From: Candidatus Falkowbacteria bacterium
GTDB taxonomy: Bacteria; Patescibacteriota; Patescibacteriia; Patescibacteriales; UBA12465
Assembly (NCBI GenBank): GCA_037134915.1
Contig: JBAXLJ010000002.1
Location: forward strand, 128,935-192,934
DNA length: 64,000 bases
Direction: 5' to 3'
Shown here: positions 54,936 to 63,873 of the stretch, piece after piece
Numbering within the stretch: the stretch's first letter is position 1
Layout of the letters: every line of letters begins with the position of its first letter
Made by a program: the position numbers and the translations under genes
Notes under the pieces: generated by a model
What the model was told of the DNA's origin: nothing
Seen by the model: the letters and a program-made list of their open reading frames with translations, nothing else
Databases searched by the model: none

Positions 54936-56153
54936 TTATTTAACAGGAGCTTCAACTGTTAGCGGTTTTTTAGAATTAAACATAAAAATAATAATTCCGA
55001 CGCTTAAAAAAATTCCTGAAAATAACCACGTTAATCTAATCGATAATGCTTCAGCTATTAAACCGCTAGCCATTAAACCAATAAAGGCGCCTGATTTAGA
55101 AAACATTGATTCAAGCGATAAGATGGTCGCCCGATTTTTTGATTCAATGTAATTATTGACGTAGCTTTGTTTTAAAGGACTGAAAATACCGCGACCAAAC
55201 TCGTGCAGCAAGAAAGTGCTCATAACTAGAAAAAGTCCATTTAAACAAGAACAGGCAATAATCGCTAAAGCGGTGATTAGCTGAGAGCTAAAGATTAATA
55301 ACTTTTCGTTTTTAAACCAAGTCTTTAAATTCTTAGAAAATAATCCACCTAAAGCCGAAATGAGTGATATGCCGGCAAATAAGAAACCTAACTCGGGAGC
55401 ACTGAAATTATAATCCTGCTTAAATAAGACCGTCCATTGCATATTTAGAGCCTGAAACGATAAAGCGAGGATGGCACCAAACATCATAATTGTTAATAAT
55501 TCTTTTTTCTTTAAGCCGTAGCTAAGAGCTTGACCAAAGCCTTTTACTAGATTTTTGGAGTTAGTCTTTTCTTTTTCTCGGTGATAATTTTCTTTAATAT
55601 AGAGCAGGGCGTAAAGACCGGTAAGACAAATAAACAAAATCGAACCGAGCCAAGGAAAACCAAGATTAAAGCCGCCTAGTATTGAGCCCGACAGGCAACC
55701 GCCAATACTGCCAGCTGAGCGACTGACTGATTCTTTCCGAAAGGCGCTATTTTTTTGGGATAAGGCGTTTTCGGCTTTTAAGGAATCAACTAGCCAAGCT
55801 TCAGCGGCTCCGGAAACAAAGGTTTGGCCAAGCGCGATAATTATTTCGGCGATGACAAAAAAGATAAAAGAATTAGCCAAGTAATAAACCAGCATACCCG
55901 CAGCCAGTAAAAAGCAACTAAAAATGATGCTTTTATGTCGGCCAAAGCGATCAGCGAAAATCCCGGTGGGAATCTCGGCGATGACAATGAAGAACATAAA
56001 GAAAGCGTTGATCAGATTGACCTGCAATAAGTTCATGCCACGACTTAGTAAAAATAAGACATAAGTGGTTGAGGAAAAAGAAATCGCGAAGGAAAATAAA
56101 GTAATAAAGGTCGTGTAACGAGTAATCACCAAAGAACTGTTTGATTTTTTCAT
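54936..56153 (-). CDS. MFS transporter (12-TM)
   Basis: 405 aa. GIFADRFGRHKS (MFS motif A-like) and 12 hydrophobic segments are present. Confidence 0.8.
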   Translation of the reverse strand: MKKSNSSLVITRYTTFITLFSFAISFSSTTYVLFLLSRGMNLLQVNLINAFFMFFIVIAEIPTGIFADRFGRHKSIIFSCFLLAAGMLVYYLANSFIFFVIAEIIIALGQTFVSGAAEAWLVDSLKAENALSQKNSAFRKESVSRSAGSIGGCLSGSILGGFNLGFPWLGSILFICLTGLYALLYIKENYHREKEKTNSKNLVKGFGQALSYGLKKKELLTIMMFGAILALSFQALNMQWTVLFKQDYNFSAPELGFLFAGISLISALGGLFSKNLKTWFKNEKLLIFSSQLITALAIIACSCLNGLFLVMSTFLLHEFGRGIFSPLKQSYVNNYIESKNRATILSLESMFSKSGAFIGLMASGLIAEALSIRLTWLFSGIFLSVGIIIFMFNSKKPLTVEAPVK

Positions 56154-56203
56154 GACTTTTTAGTTTTTAATGAACTTTATAAATAGGGATAAAATTGAAT
56201 CTC

Positions 56204-56247
56204 CATAAAAAAATCCCTCGGCTCATTTGACTTAAGCCGAGGGATTT
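56204..56247 (-). terminator. rho-independent terminator (minus-strand orientation)
   Basis: AAATCCCTCGGCT / AGCCGAGGGATTT is a 13-bp stem, and a T7 run follows on the minus strand. It sits just downstream of the small ORF 56280..56465. Confidence 0.7.
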
Positions 56248-56279
56248 AACTTGTTAACCACATTTCTTTTATTTACTAT

Positions 56280-56465
56280 TCAGGATTCCTTTTGAATAGT
56301 ATTTAAATCTATTTCCGGTAGTTGGTAGTTAATAGCTAAGGCCCAGTCGGCGAAATAATCGGTGACGACACAATACGCAAATAAGCCATCAGAAATGGCT
56401 CTAAAATTGGGATGCATAAATTGTCGCTTAGCTATCTGGTTCATATTTTTATCTCTACTTTTCAC
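56280..56465 (-). CDS. small hypothetical protein
   Basis: 61-codon ORF (GTG start, with an alternative ATG 7 codons in) and its own downstream terminator. I recognise no motif. Confidence 0.35.
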   Translation of the reverse strand: MKSRDKNMNQIAKRQFMHPNFRAISDGLFAYCVVTDYFADWALAINYQLPEIDLNTIQKES

Positions 56466-56547
56466 GTATAATAATACGTAAAAATGACGATTTTGTTACA
56501 GCTCCTAGGGTTTGCATATTAATCTTTGGGGATGTAATATTTAGGAT

Positions 56548-58131
56548 ATGGATAATTTAATTAGAATTGAAGAAATCAGCCTAGATTTGCGTGACGAGGA
56601 GTCCTTGCTTAAAGATAGAATTGCTGAAATATTAGCCTTGCCAATTACGGAAATTTTAAGCTACCAAGTAGTTAAGCGCGCTGTTGATTCGCGTCAAAAA
56701 TCAAAGGTGGTTTTTGTTTATTCGGTGGACGCGCAAGTTAAAGATTTAAAGGTGCTTAAAACTTGGAATCCGAGGCATCGAGTTAGACTGCAGGTGCCTT
56801 ATGTTTATCAAATCAAGGCTGCTTCGCCACTTTCTAAAAGACCGATTGTGGTCGGTTCAGGACCGAGTGGTTTATTTGCAGCACTAGCTTTAGCTAAGGC
56901 CGGTCTTAAACCTTTGCTTATAGAACGCGGTCAAAATATTGAAGCTCGGCTTGAGACAGTGAATAACTTTTTTAAATCAGGAGAATTTAATCCGCAATCT
57001 AATATTCAATTTGGTGAAGGCGGGGCGGGAACTTTTTCAGATGGCAAATTATATACTTTAATTAACGATCCGCGTTCCCATTATGTTTTTTCGGAATTAG
57101 TTCTAGCGGGGGCGCCAGAAGATATCTTAACTAGCGCTACGCCTCATATCGGTACGGATAAGCTCCGAGATGTGGTTAAAAATTTACGTCATAAAATTAC
57201 TCAACTGGGCGGAGAAGTCCGTTTTGAAACAACTCTAAGTAGTTTAGAAATTAAAGATAATCAAATAGTGGCCGCTATTTTTAATGATGCGGAAAGAGTC
57301 GAAACTAAGCATCTAATTTTAGCTACCGGCCACTCGGCTCGTGATACCTATGCGATGCTTTACGAGAAAGAAGTGGCTATGGTGGCTAAACCTTTTGCTA
57401 TTGGTCTGCGTATCGAACATAGTCGTGAAGAAATAAATAAAGCGCAGTATGGCCCCTCTTGGCAGCATCCCAAACTAGGGGCAGCTAAATATAAATTAGT
57501 TGAACACGTTATGGGCGAACGCTCGGTTTACACTTTTTGTATGTGTCCGGGAGGTTTAGTGGTAGCTGCGGCCTCGGAAGTCGGCGGTGTCGTGACTAAT
57601 GGCATGAGTTATTACTCGCAGTCTGGGACAAATTCTAATAGCGCCCTCTTAGTGCCGGTGATGCCTAGTGATTTTGGTTCGGACCATCCTCTCTCCGGTA
57701 TCGCCTTTCAGCGTTTTTGGGAGCAAAAAGCTTATGAAGCCGGTGGCGCAAATTATCAAGCGCCCGCTCAGCTTGTCGGTGATTTTTTGGCCGGTAGGCC
57801 TTCTGCTAAATTGGGTCGTATTAAACCGACTTATTTGCCAGGAGTTAAGTTAACGTCTTTAGATTCTTGCTTGCCTGATTATGTAATTTCCAGTTTAAAA
57901 AAGGCTCTGCCGCTGATGGCGCGTAAAATTTCGGTTTTCGCTGACCCTGAAGCCCTGCTTACCGGTATTGAAACTCGCAGCTCTTCGCCTGTAAGACTGA
58001 CTCGAGACGCTAATTGCCAGTCTAATATTTTGGGTCTTTATCCTTGCGGTGAAGGCGCTGGTTACGCTGGCGGCATTGTTTCTTCGGCTATTGACGGCTT
58101 AAGAGTTGCCGAAGCGATTATAAGTCATTAA
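56548..58131 (+). CDS. FAD-dependent oxidoreductase (COG2509-type NAD(FAD)-utilising dehydrogenase)
   Basis: The dinucleotide fold is IVVGSGPSGLFAALALAKAG, GAGTFSDGKL is present, and the C-terminus is CGEGAGYAGGI. Confidence 0.8.
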   Translation: MDNLIRIEEISLDLRDEESLLKDRIAEILALPITEILSYQVVKRAVDSRQKSKVVFVYSVDAQVKDLKVLKTWNPRHRVRLQVPYVYQIKAASPLSKRPIVVGSGPSGLFAALALAKAGLKPLLIERGQNIEARLETVNNFFKSGEFNPQSNIQFGEGGAGTFSDGKLYTLINDPRSHYVFSELVLAGAPEDILTSATPHIGTDKLRDVVKNLRHKITQLGGEVRFETTLSSLEIKDNQIVAAIFNDAERVETKHLILATGHSARDTYAMLYEKEVAMVAKPFAIGLRIEHSREEINKAQYGPSWQHPKLGAAKYKLVEHVMGERSVYTFCMCPGGLVVAAASEVGGVVTNGMSYYSQSGTNSNSALLVPVMPSDFGSDHPLSGIAFQRFWEQKAYEAGGANYQAPAQLVGDFLAGRPSAKLGRIKPTYLPGVKLTSLDSCLPDYVISSLKKALPLMARKISVFADPEALLTGIETRSSSPVRLTRDANCQSNILGLYPCGEGAGYAGGIVSSAIDGLRVAEAIISH

Positions 58132-58143
58132 CTATTTAAATAT

Positions 58144-58620
58144 ATGAAATCAATCATTATTTATTATTCTCTAGATGGTAACGTGAAACTTTTAAGTGAG
58201 ACCATGGCTCAAGAAATTGGGGCTGATATTTTACCCCTGCAACTTAAGCGAGCGATAAAGACTGGCACTTTTATGAAATATTTTTGGGGTGGTCGCCAAG
58301 TTATAATGAAAAGCACTCCAGAGTTAGAAGCGCTGACTTTAAATCCGAACGATTACGATTTAATAATTATTGGTACTCCAGTTTGGGCTTCAAATTACAC
58401 TCCAGCGATTCGTAGTTTTTTATTAAATAATCAGCTTAGTCATAAGAAAATTGCGCTTTTCTGTAGTCACGAAAGTGTTCCCGGGAAAACCCTAATTAAT
58501 TTACAAGCGGAGCTAGCTGACAATCAAATCATCTCAACTATCGATTTTTTTGCACCACTTAAACATAATCAGGCCCTGGCTTTAGATGAGGCTAAAGTTT
58601 GGGCAAAAAGTTTAGTTTAA
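58144..58620 (+). CDS. flavodoxin-family protein
   Basis: 158 aa. KSIIIYYSLDGNVKLLSE (FMN phosphate loop-like) and IIIGTPVW are present. Confidence 0.7.
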   Translation: MKSIIIYYSLDGNVKLLSETMAQEIGADILPLQLKRAIKTGTFMKYFWGGRQVIMKSTPELEALTLNPNDYDLIIIGTPVWASNYTPAIRSFLLNNQLSHKKIALFCSHESVPGKTLINLQAELADNQIISTIDFFAPLKHNQALALDEAKVWAKSLV

Positions 58621-58732
58621 TTTGATTTATAGAGAAAAAAATCATATAATTAAAATAGACAAGTAGATTTAAAATACCAATCAAAACTTTTTTAAAGGTC
58701 GAATTTATAAAAATAATTCTAACCTTAAAAAT

Positions 58733-58942
58733 ATGACTAAATTAACTACTTTGGATATCATCGCTTTGATTTTAATTATCATCGGTGGTTTGAATTGGTT
58801 GCTTATCGGTTTTTTCAGCTTTGATTTGGTGGCCGCCATCTTTGGCAACATGAGCCTGATAACGAGAATCGTTTATTCTCTAGTCGGTTTGTCAGCGATT
58901 TATTCTTTGTTTATTTTGGGACAACTTATAAAAAAGCAATAA
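58733..58942 (+). CDS. DUF378 small membrane protein
   Basis: IGGLNWLLIGFFSFDLVAAIFG...RIVYSLVGLSAIY matches the DUF378 signature. Confidence 0.8.
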   Translation: MTKLTTLDIIALILIIIGGLNWLLIGFFSFDLVAAIFGNMSLITRIVYSLVGLSAIYSLFILGQLIKKQ

Positions 58943-58964
58943 TTAAAATTAAAGCTTTAAGTTA

Positions 58965-59010
58965 AAATATAAATATCTAAACCGAATTAAGTTTAGATAT
59001 TTATATTTTA
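58965..59010 (+). terminator. long A/T-rich perfect hairpin after the DUF378 gene
   Basis: AAATATAAATATCTAAAC / GTTTAGATATTTATATTT is an 18-bp perfect stem with loop CGAATTAA, followed by a T-rich tail. Confidence 0.6.
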
Positions 59011-59031
59011 TGATTAAAGTATAAAAATTTT

Positions 59032-59802
59032 ATGCAAAAATTGGAAACTATCGCTAGCTTGCAGAATAATCAAATTAAAACTCTGAAGAAATTAGCCCTG
59101 AAGAAATATCGTTATGAACTTAAACAATTTACCGTAGAAAATTTAACCATCATCTGTGATGCTTTGGCCAATGGTTATGATTTTGAAACCTTATTTGTGA
59201 CCGCGGAATTTATGACTCGCCACTTGGATAAGTTCCAATTCTTACAAGAAAATTCTCAAGCTAATTACTATATCATCGATGAAATGATGAGTTCCCATTT
59301 TTCGCAGCTCGACACCCCCTCAGGGATTACGGCTATTTATAAATTTCCTAAAAACAAAATTGAAGATGGTGAGTCGATTATTTATTTAAACAGTATTTCT
59401 GATCCCGGAAATTTGGGCACGATTATGCGCACGGCGTTGGCCTTTAATTTTAACAATCTGGTGCTTGATGGTACCTGTGTGGATATTTATAACGCCAAGA
59501 CCATTGCGGCGGCGAAGAATTCTATTTTTAAATTAAATATTTTTGAAGACAAGGATGGTTCTTGGATTTCTGACACTAAATTGCCGATTTATGTGACCAG
59601 TTCTCATGGTGATGCTGATTTAGAGACTTTTTCTGCCGCTGATAAATTCTGTTTAGTGCTTGGCAATGAAAGTCATGGTGTTTCCGAAGCCATTGATAAA
59701 TTAGCACTTAAAAGACTTAAAATTGATATTTCCGACCACATTGAATCGCTTAACGTGTCAGTCGCGGCTGCCATCTTATTTTATAAATTAGGTCATAAAT
59801 AA
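59032..59802 (+). CDS. TrmH/SpoU-family RNA 2'-O-methyltransferase
   Basis: DPGNLGTIMRTA, LVLGNESHGVS and SLNVSVAAAI are the SpoU motifs 1-3. Confidence 0.85.
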   Translation: MQKLETIASLQNNQIKTLKKLALKKYRYELKQFTVENLTIICDALANGYDFETLFVTAEFMTRHLDKFQFLQENSQANYYIIDEMMSSHFSQLDTPSGITAIYKFPKNKIEDGESIIYLNSISDPGNLGTIMRTALAFNFNNLVLDGTCVDIYNAKTIAAAKNSIFKLNIFEDKDGSWISDTKLPIYVTSSHGDADLETFSAADKFCLVLGNESHGVSEAIDKLALKRLKIDISDHIESLNVSVAAAILFYKLGHK

Positions 59803-59808
59803 AAATAT

Positions 59809-60945
59809 ATGTCTGATGTTTACGAAGAGTCATTGATGCTACATAAAAATCATCGTGGTAAATTAGAAATTAAAAGTAAGGTGCCACTGAGCACTAAAGA
59901 AGATTTGTCTTTGGCTTACACGCCGGGTGTCTCGGAAGTTTGTCGCTTAATTGCTTCTGATAAATCAGCCGCTTTAACTCATACTATGAAAGGGAACATG
60001 GTAGCGGTCATAAGCGATGGTAGCGCTATTTTGGGGCTGGGTAATTTAGGTCCCGAGGCCGCTTTGCCGGTGATGGAAGGCAAGTGTATTTTATTTAAAG
60101 CCTTCGCTGGCGTCGACGCTTTTCCGATTTGTTTAGATACTCAAGACACAGAAGAAATAATTAAAACCGTAAAATTTTTAGCGCCTAATTTCGGGGGCAT
60201 TAACTTAGAAGATATTTCGGCGCCGCGTTGTTTTGAAATCGAGGATCGCTTAAAAGCCGAATTAAATATTCCGGTGATGCATGACGATCAGCATGGCACC
60301 GCTCTTGTGGTTCTAGCGGGCTTAATTAATGCTATCAAACTTCGCGGCCTGACTAAGGAAGAAGCTAAGATTGTGGTTAATGGCGCCGGGGCCGCCGGGC
60401 TAGCCATTACGGATTTACTCTTAAAGTATGGATTTTTAGATATTATTGTTTGTGATAGTAAGGGCAGTATTTATTCTGGCCGGCCGGATTTAAATGAGGC
60501 TAAGACTAAAATAGCGCAACTAACTAATTTAACTAAGCAGCCGGGTGTCCTGTCGGAAATTATTGAGGGACGAGATATTTTTGTCGGTGTAAGCCAGGCT
60601 GATCTTTTAAGCGAGGCGATGGTCTCTAAGATGGCTCGTCGACCGATTATTTTTGCGCTCGCTAATCCGACTCCAGAAATTATGCCCGAGGCCGCTAAAT
60701 CAGCCGGAGCTTACATCGTGGCTACCGGTCGCAGCGATTTTCCCAATCAACTTAATAATGTCTTAGCTTTTCCGGGCATCTTTCGGGGCGCTCTCGATAA
60801 TCATGTTAAGCAGATTACCGATTTGATGCTCACTCGCGCGGCGGAAAATTTAGCAGCACTAGTTAGTGAGCCTAATCCTGAGCTTATTTTACCTGATCCG
60901 TATAATAAAGAAGTGGCACTAGCGGTGGCTCGAGCCATTTATTAA
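59809..60945 (+). CDS. maeB: NAD(P)-dependent malic enzyme (short prokaryotic form)
   Basis: LSLAYTPGV, VISDGSAILGLGNLGP, NLEDISAPRCFEIE, HDDQHGTA, the GAGAAG Rossmann motif and ALANPTPEI are present. Confidence 0.9.
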   Translation: MSDVYEESLMLHKNHRGKLEIKSKVPLSTKEDLSLAYTPGVSEVCRLIASDKSAALTHTMKGNMVAVISDGSAILGLGNLGPEAALPVMEGKCILFKAFAGVDAFPICLDTQDTEEIIKTVKFLAPNFGGINLEDISAPRCFEIEDRLKAELNIPVMHDDQHGTALVVLAGLINAIKLRGLTKEEAKIVVNGAGAAGLAITDLLLKYGFLDIIVCDSKGSIYSGRPDLNEAKTKIAQLTNLTKQPGVLSEIIEGRDIFVGVSQADLLSEAMVSKMARRPIIFALANPTPEIMPEAAKSAGAYIVATGRSDFPNQLNNVLAFPGIFRGALDNHVKQITDLMLTRAAENLAALVSEPNPELILPDPYNKEVALAVARAIY

Positions 60946-61000
60946 CCGGGTTTGAATAATTTTACAGATTTTGCGTATTAATAGTTAAAGACTAAAAAAC

Positions 61001-61585
61001 ATGATTAGTGTGTCCGAAATCGAAGCCTTAAGCGACGAAGAAATGGTGACTCTTACCCTGAAAGATCAGGACAATTTCGTGGTGATTATTAACCGCTATA
61101 AAGCTAAATTATTTAACTATATTAGGCGGATTACCAACGTCAGGGACGAGGATGCCGAGGACTTACTGCAGGAAATATTTTTAAAAGTATATCTCAATTT
61201 AAATGATTTTGATAAAGATTTGAAATTTTCTTCCTGGATTTATGCGATTGCCCGAAATCAGGTAATTAGCAATCATCGCCGCTTAAATTCTCGAGCCGAA
61301 GGTCATAGTGTGGCCTTAGAAGATGAAAGTGCCAAGAAAATCATGTTTAATTTTAACATTGAAAAAGCTTTGGATGATTCCTATCTTAAAGATAAAGTGG
61401 CTAAAGTTTTATATTCTTTGCCAGAAAAATACCGCGAGGTTCTAGTCTTAAAATTCTTAGAAGAAAAAAATTATCAGGAAATTTCCGATATTATTAAAAA
61501 GCCTAGTGGCACTGTGGGCTCACTGATTAACAAAGCCAAAAGTGAGTTTAAAAAAGAATTAGATAAACAACAAATTAAAATATGA
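61001..61585 (+). CDS. ECF-type sigma-70 family RNA polymerase sigma factor
   Basis: Region 2 is DAEDLLQEIFLKVY...FSSWIYAIARNQVI. Region 4 is LPEKYREVLVLKFLEEKNYQEISDIIKKPSGTVGSLINKA. Confidence 0.85.
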   Translation: MISVSEIEALSDEEMVTLTLKDQDNFVVIINRYKAKLFNYIRRITNVRDEDAEDLLQEIFLKVYLNLNDFDKDLKFSSWIYAIARNQVISNHRRLNSRAEGHSVALEDESAKKIMFNFNIEKALDDSYLKDKVAKVLYSLPEKYREVLVLKFLEEKNYQEISDIIKKPSGTVGSLINKAKSEFKKELDKQQIKI

Positions 61586-62406
61586 GTAATTTAGATGACA
61601 GAGATTTTGGCGAAAATTTTTTGCACAAAGTCAAAGAAGAAAAACTTTCCCCTAAACCAAAATGGCAATTCTTATTAAAGAATTCGTTAATTTGGAGTTT
61701 GGGTGTTTTTTCCTTGATTTTAGGGGCAGTTTCAACTTCCTTGGTTTTTTATATGTTAAAGAGCGAGGATGCCGGGGCTTATTCTCGAGCGGGAAGCGGA
61801 CTGATTGAAACCTTATTATTTGTCATTCCGTTTTTTTGGATAATTTGTTTGGCAGTTTTTGCTATCTCAGTTTATTACTACATTAAACACACTAAAAAAG
61901 GCTACAAATATTCCGCTCGGAACATTATTTTAGTAATTATCGGCGCCAGTTTAGTTTTGGGGGGTATCTTTAATTTTTTAGGCATCGATCGTTTTATCGA
62001 TGACACTCTGGGAGAGAGAGCGCCTTTTTATGATCGCGTTATTAATCCTCGACTTAAATATTGGTCAAATCCAGATAGTGGTCGTTTATCGGGCTTAGTA
62101 ATTTCTCAAATTAGCCCGGTAGAATATGATTTAGTGGATCGCCAAGGAGATGATTGGCACACTTTATTGTCTCCTGATGAAGGTGGAGTTTTGATGGTCG
62201 TTGGCCACCCAGTTATTTTAGTGGGCAAAAAGATTGGCGATCACCGTTTTATGATTAAAGAAATTTTACCCATTGGCCCCGGTCGCGGTTTCTTTAAAAG
62301 ACCAATGATGCGCCCTATTATGCCACCAAGAAATTGTGATTTAAATCCAAATAACCCTTCCGGAGCCTGCAATCTGCCCATGATGATTCCGGCCGCAAAT
62401 TATTGA
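61582..62406 (+). CDS. multi-pass membrane protein, possible cognate anti-sigma factor (by position only)
   Basis: Its start overlaps the sigma gene stop (ATGA at 61582-61585). It has a short cytoplasmic N-terminus, four TM helices and a C-terminal soluble domain. Confidence 0.55.
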   Translation: MSNLDDRDFGENFLHKVKEEKLSPKPKWQFLLKNSLIWSLGVFSLILGAVSTSLVFYMLKSEDAGAYSRAGSGLIETLLFVIPFFWIICLAVFAISVYYYIKHTKKGYKYSARNIILVIIGASLVLGGIFNFLGIDRFIDDTLGERAPFYDRVINPRLKYWSNPDSGRLSGLVISQISPVEYDLVDRQGDDWHTLLSPDEGGVLMVVGHPVILVGKKIGDHRFMIKEILPIGPGRGFFKRPMMRPIMPPRNCDLNPNNPSGACNLPMMIPAANY

Positions 62407-62484
62407 CATAAGTCCGAATAAATATTAGTATTTATTGAAGTCCTTTAATAAATACTAACTAAAAAGCAAAGGAGGGAGTGGGAA

Positions 62485-63015
62485 ATGATTGAACCTAAAT
62501 TTAAAATTGAGAACCGGCTGCAGGGCAATGGTTTTCTAGCCAAGAGCAGTCGTGGGAAACTGATTGATTTAAAAGCCGAACCATATCTGCCAAAATCGGA
62601 AGAATGGATTGTCGAAGAGCATTTGGGCTATTGGAGTTTAGATTCAATTAGATTCAAGGCCTCGGAAATTATTCTTTTTCCTGGTCCAAATGATCGGATA
62701 GCAAACGGTTACGATCTGCGCACTGAGCTCAGTCGGGGAAATAAATTGATTCTAAACGGTAACGTTCTAGATTGGCTGTTAGCTAATCAAGAATATATTC
62801 CCGAAGAATGGAAGGGAAAGTATATTCATTTCTTGGGAACAGTTTATCGCCGTTTAGGTTGCAACTTCTCGGAAGCTTATAAGCGCGAAGATGCTTTGCA
62901 TGTCCGCTCTCTTTATTGGGGCGGATCTAAATTTTGTGATGGCGATTCCTGGTTAGGGCGGAAATTTAACGCCAGTAACCCGGTCGCTTTGATTAGTAAA
63001 AAAGTTGGAATTTAA
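62485..63015 (+). CDS. hypothetical protein with canonical SD
   Basis: 176-aa ORF preceded by AAGGAGGG (62469-62476) 8 nt before the ATG, and followed by a terminator. The motif EYIPEEWKGKYIHFLGTVYR is not assignable by me. Confidence 0.6.
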   Translation: MIEPKFKIENRLQGNGFLAKSSRGKLIDLKAEPYLPKSEEWIVEEHLGYWSLDSIRFKASEIILFPGPNDRIANGYDLRTELSRGNKLILNGNVLDWLLANQEYIPEEWKGKYIHFLGTVYRRLGCNFSEAYKREDALHVRSLYWGGSKFCDGDSWLGRKFNASNPVALISKKVGI

Positions 63016-63020
63016 ATTTT

Positions 63021-63058
63021 AGGCCTCGGTTTGTGTAAAACATCCGAGGTCTTTTTTT
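63021..63058 (+). terminator. rho-independent terminator
   Basis: AGGCCTCGG / CCGAGGTCT stem followed by T7. Confidence 0.7.
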
Positions 63059-63138
63059 GAAGAAAATTTTTTTTAAAACGTAGTACTAAGCAGAACCGGT
63101 TCTAAAAAGCTTGTCTCATTAATTAACTAATTAAGAAT

Positions 63139-63570
63139 ATGAAAAATATAAAAAAATCACAGATTGCTTTAGGTCTAATGGCGCTAACGATTGTTTCGGT
63201 CATTGGTTTTTCTTCGGCCACTCTAGCCTCGGGTACGGAAAATTCTGATAAGACCGCGACTTCAACTACAACTCACTTATTAAGACATAATAAAAATTCA
63301 AACAAAGCCACAAGTACCCAGATTGCTACCATGAAAGCTAAGCAGGCCGCTATTAAAGCCGCTTTAGCCGCTAATGATTATAATGCCTGGGTAAGCGCAG
63401 TTGGCACCAACGCACCAATTCTAAAGAAAATAAATGCTAATAATTTTAGTCAGTATGTGCAGGCTTATAATTTAAATCTGCAAGCTCAAACAATTATGAC
63501 TCAACTAGGTATTTCCGGAGGTATGGGCATGGGGATGGGTGAGAGATTCGGAATGAATGGTTTAAAGTAA
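63139..63570 (+). CDS. secreted hypothetical protein
   Basis: It has a signal peptide (LGLMALTIVSVIGFSSATLASG), a helical body and a Gly/Met-rich C-terminus, GGMGMGMGERFGMNG. Confidence 0.55.
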   Translation: MKNIKKSQIALGLMALTIVSVIGFSSATLASGTENSDKTATSTTTHLLRHNKNSNKATSTQIATMKAKQAAIKAALAANDYNAWVSAVGTNAPILKKINANNFSQYVQAYNLNLQAQTIMTQLGISGGMGMGMGERFGMNGLK

Positions 63571-63663
63571 TTTAACCAAAAATATCTAGTAGGAGTATTT
63601 ATATATAAAATGGAGGGGTGGCTTAAGTAATTTAGTCACCCTTTCGACAAAAAAATCAAAAAT

Positions 63664-63873
63664 ATGAAGAGAAAAATTATCGTGCCTTTACTGATGTTGT
63701 CGTGTTTGTTTATTTTAGCCGGTTGCAGCAAAATTAGCTCAAATAGTCTTTCTGCCGGCAGCACTAATACACCTATAAATGGTGGCACCCCGCCAACTGA
63801 CGGCGGCACTCCGCCTGATGGTATGACTCCTCCAGATGGTGGCACCCCGCCGGCCGGGGCTCCGGCTAACTAA
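63664..63873 (+). CDS. small lipoprotein with GGTPP(D) tandem repeats
   Basis: The signal peptide ends in the lipobox LAGC (FILAGCSK). The C-terminus is GGTPPTD-GGTPPD-GMTPPD-GGTPPA. Confidence 0.6.
   Translation: MKRKIIVPLLMLSCLFILAGCSKISSNSLSAGSTNTPINGGTPPTDGGTPPDGMTPPDGGTPPAGAPAN
63781..63855 (+). repeat. four imperfect tandem 18-21-nt coding repeats
   Basis: The units are GGTGGCACCCCGCCAACTGAC, GGCGGCACTCCGCCTGAT, GGTATGACTCCTCCAGAT and GGTGGCACCCCGCCGGCC. Confidence 0.7.

Noticed and set aside
63636-63845. 69-aa minus-strand ORF with PPSGGV repeats
   Set aside because: It is the antisense shadow of the lipoprotein repeat region. The plus-strand ORF has a signal peptide and a lipobox.
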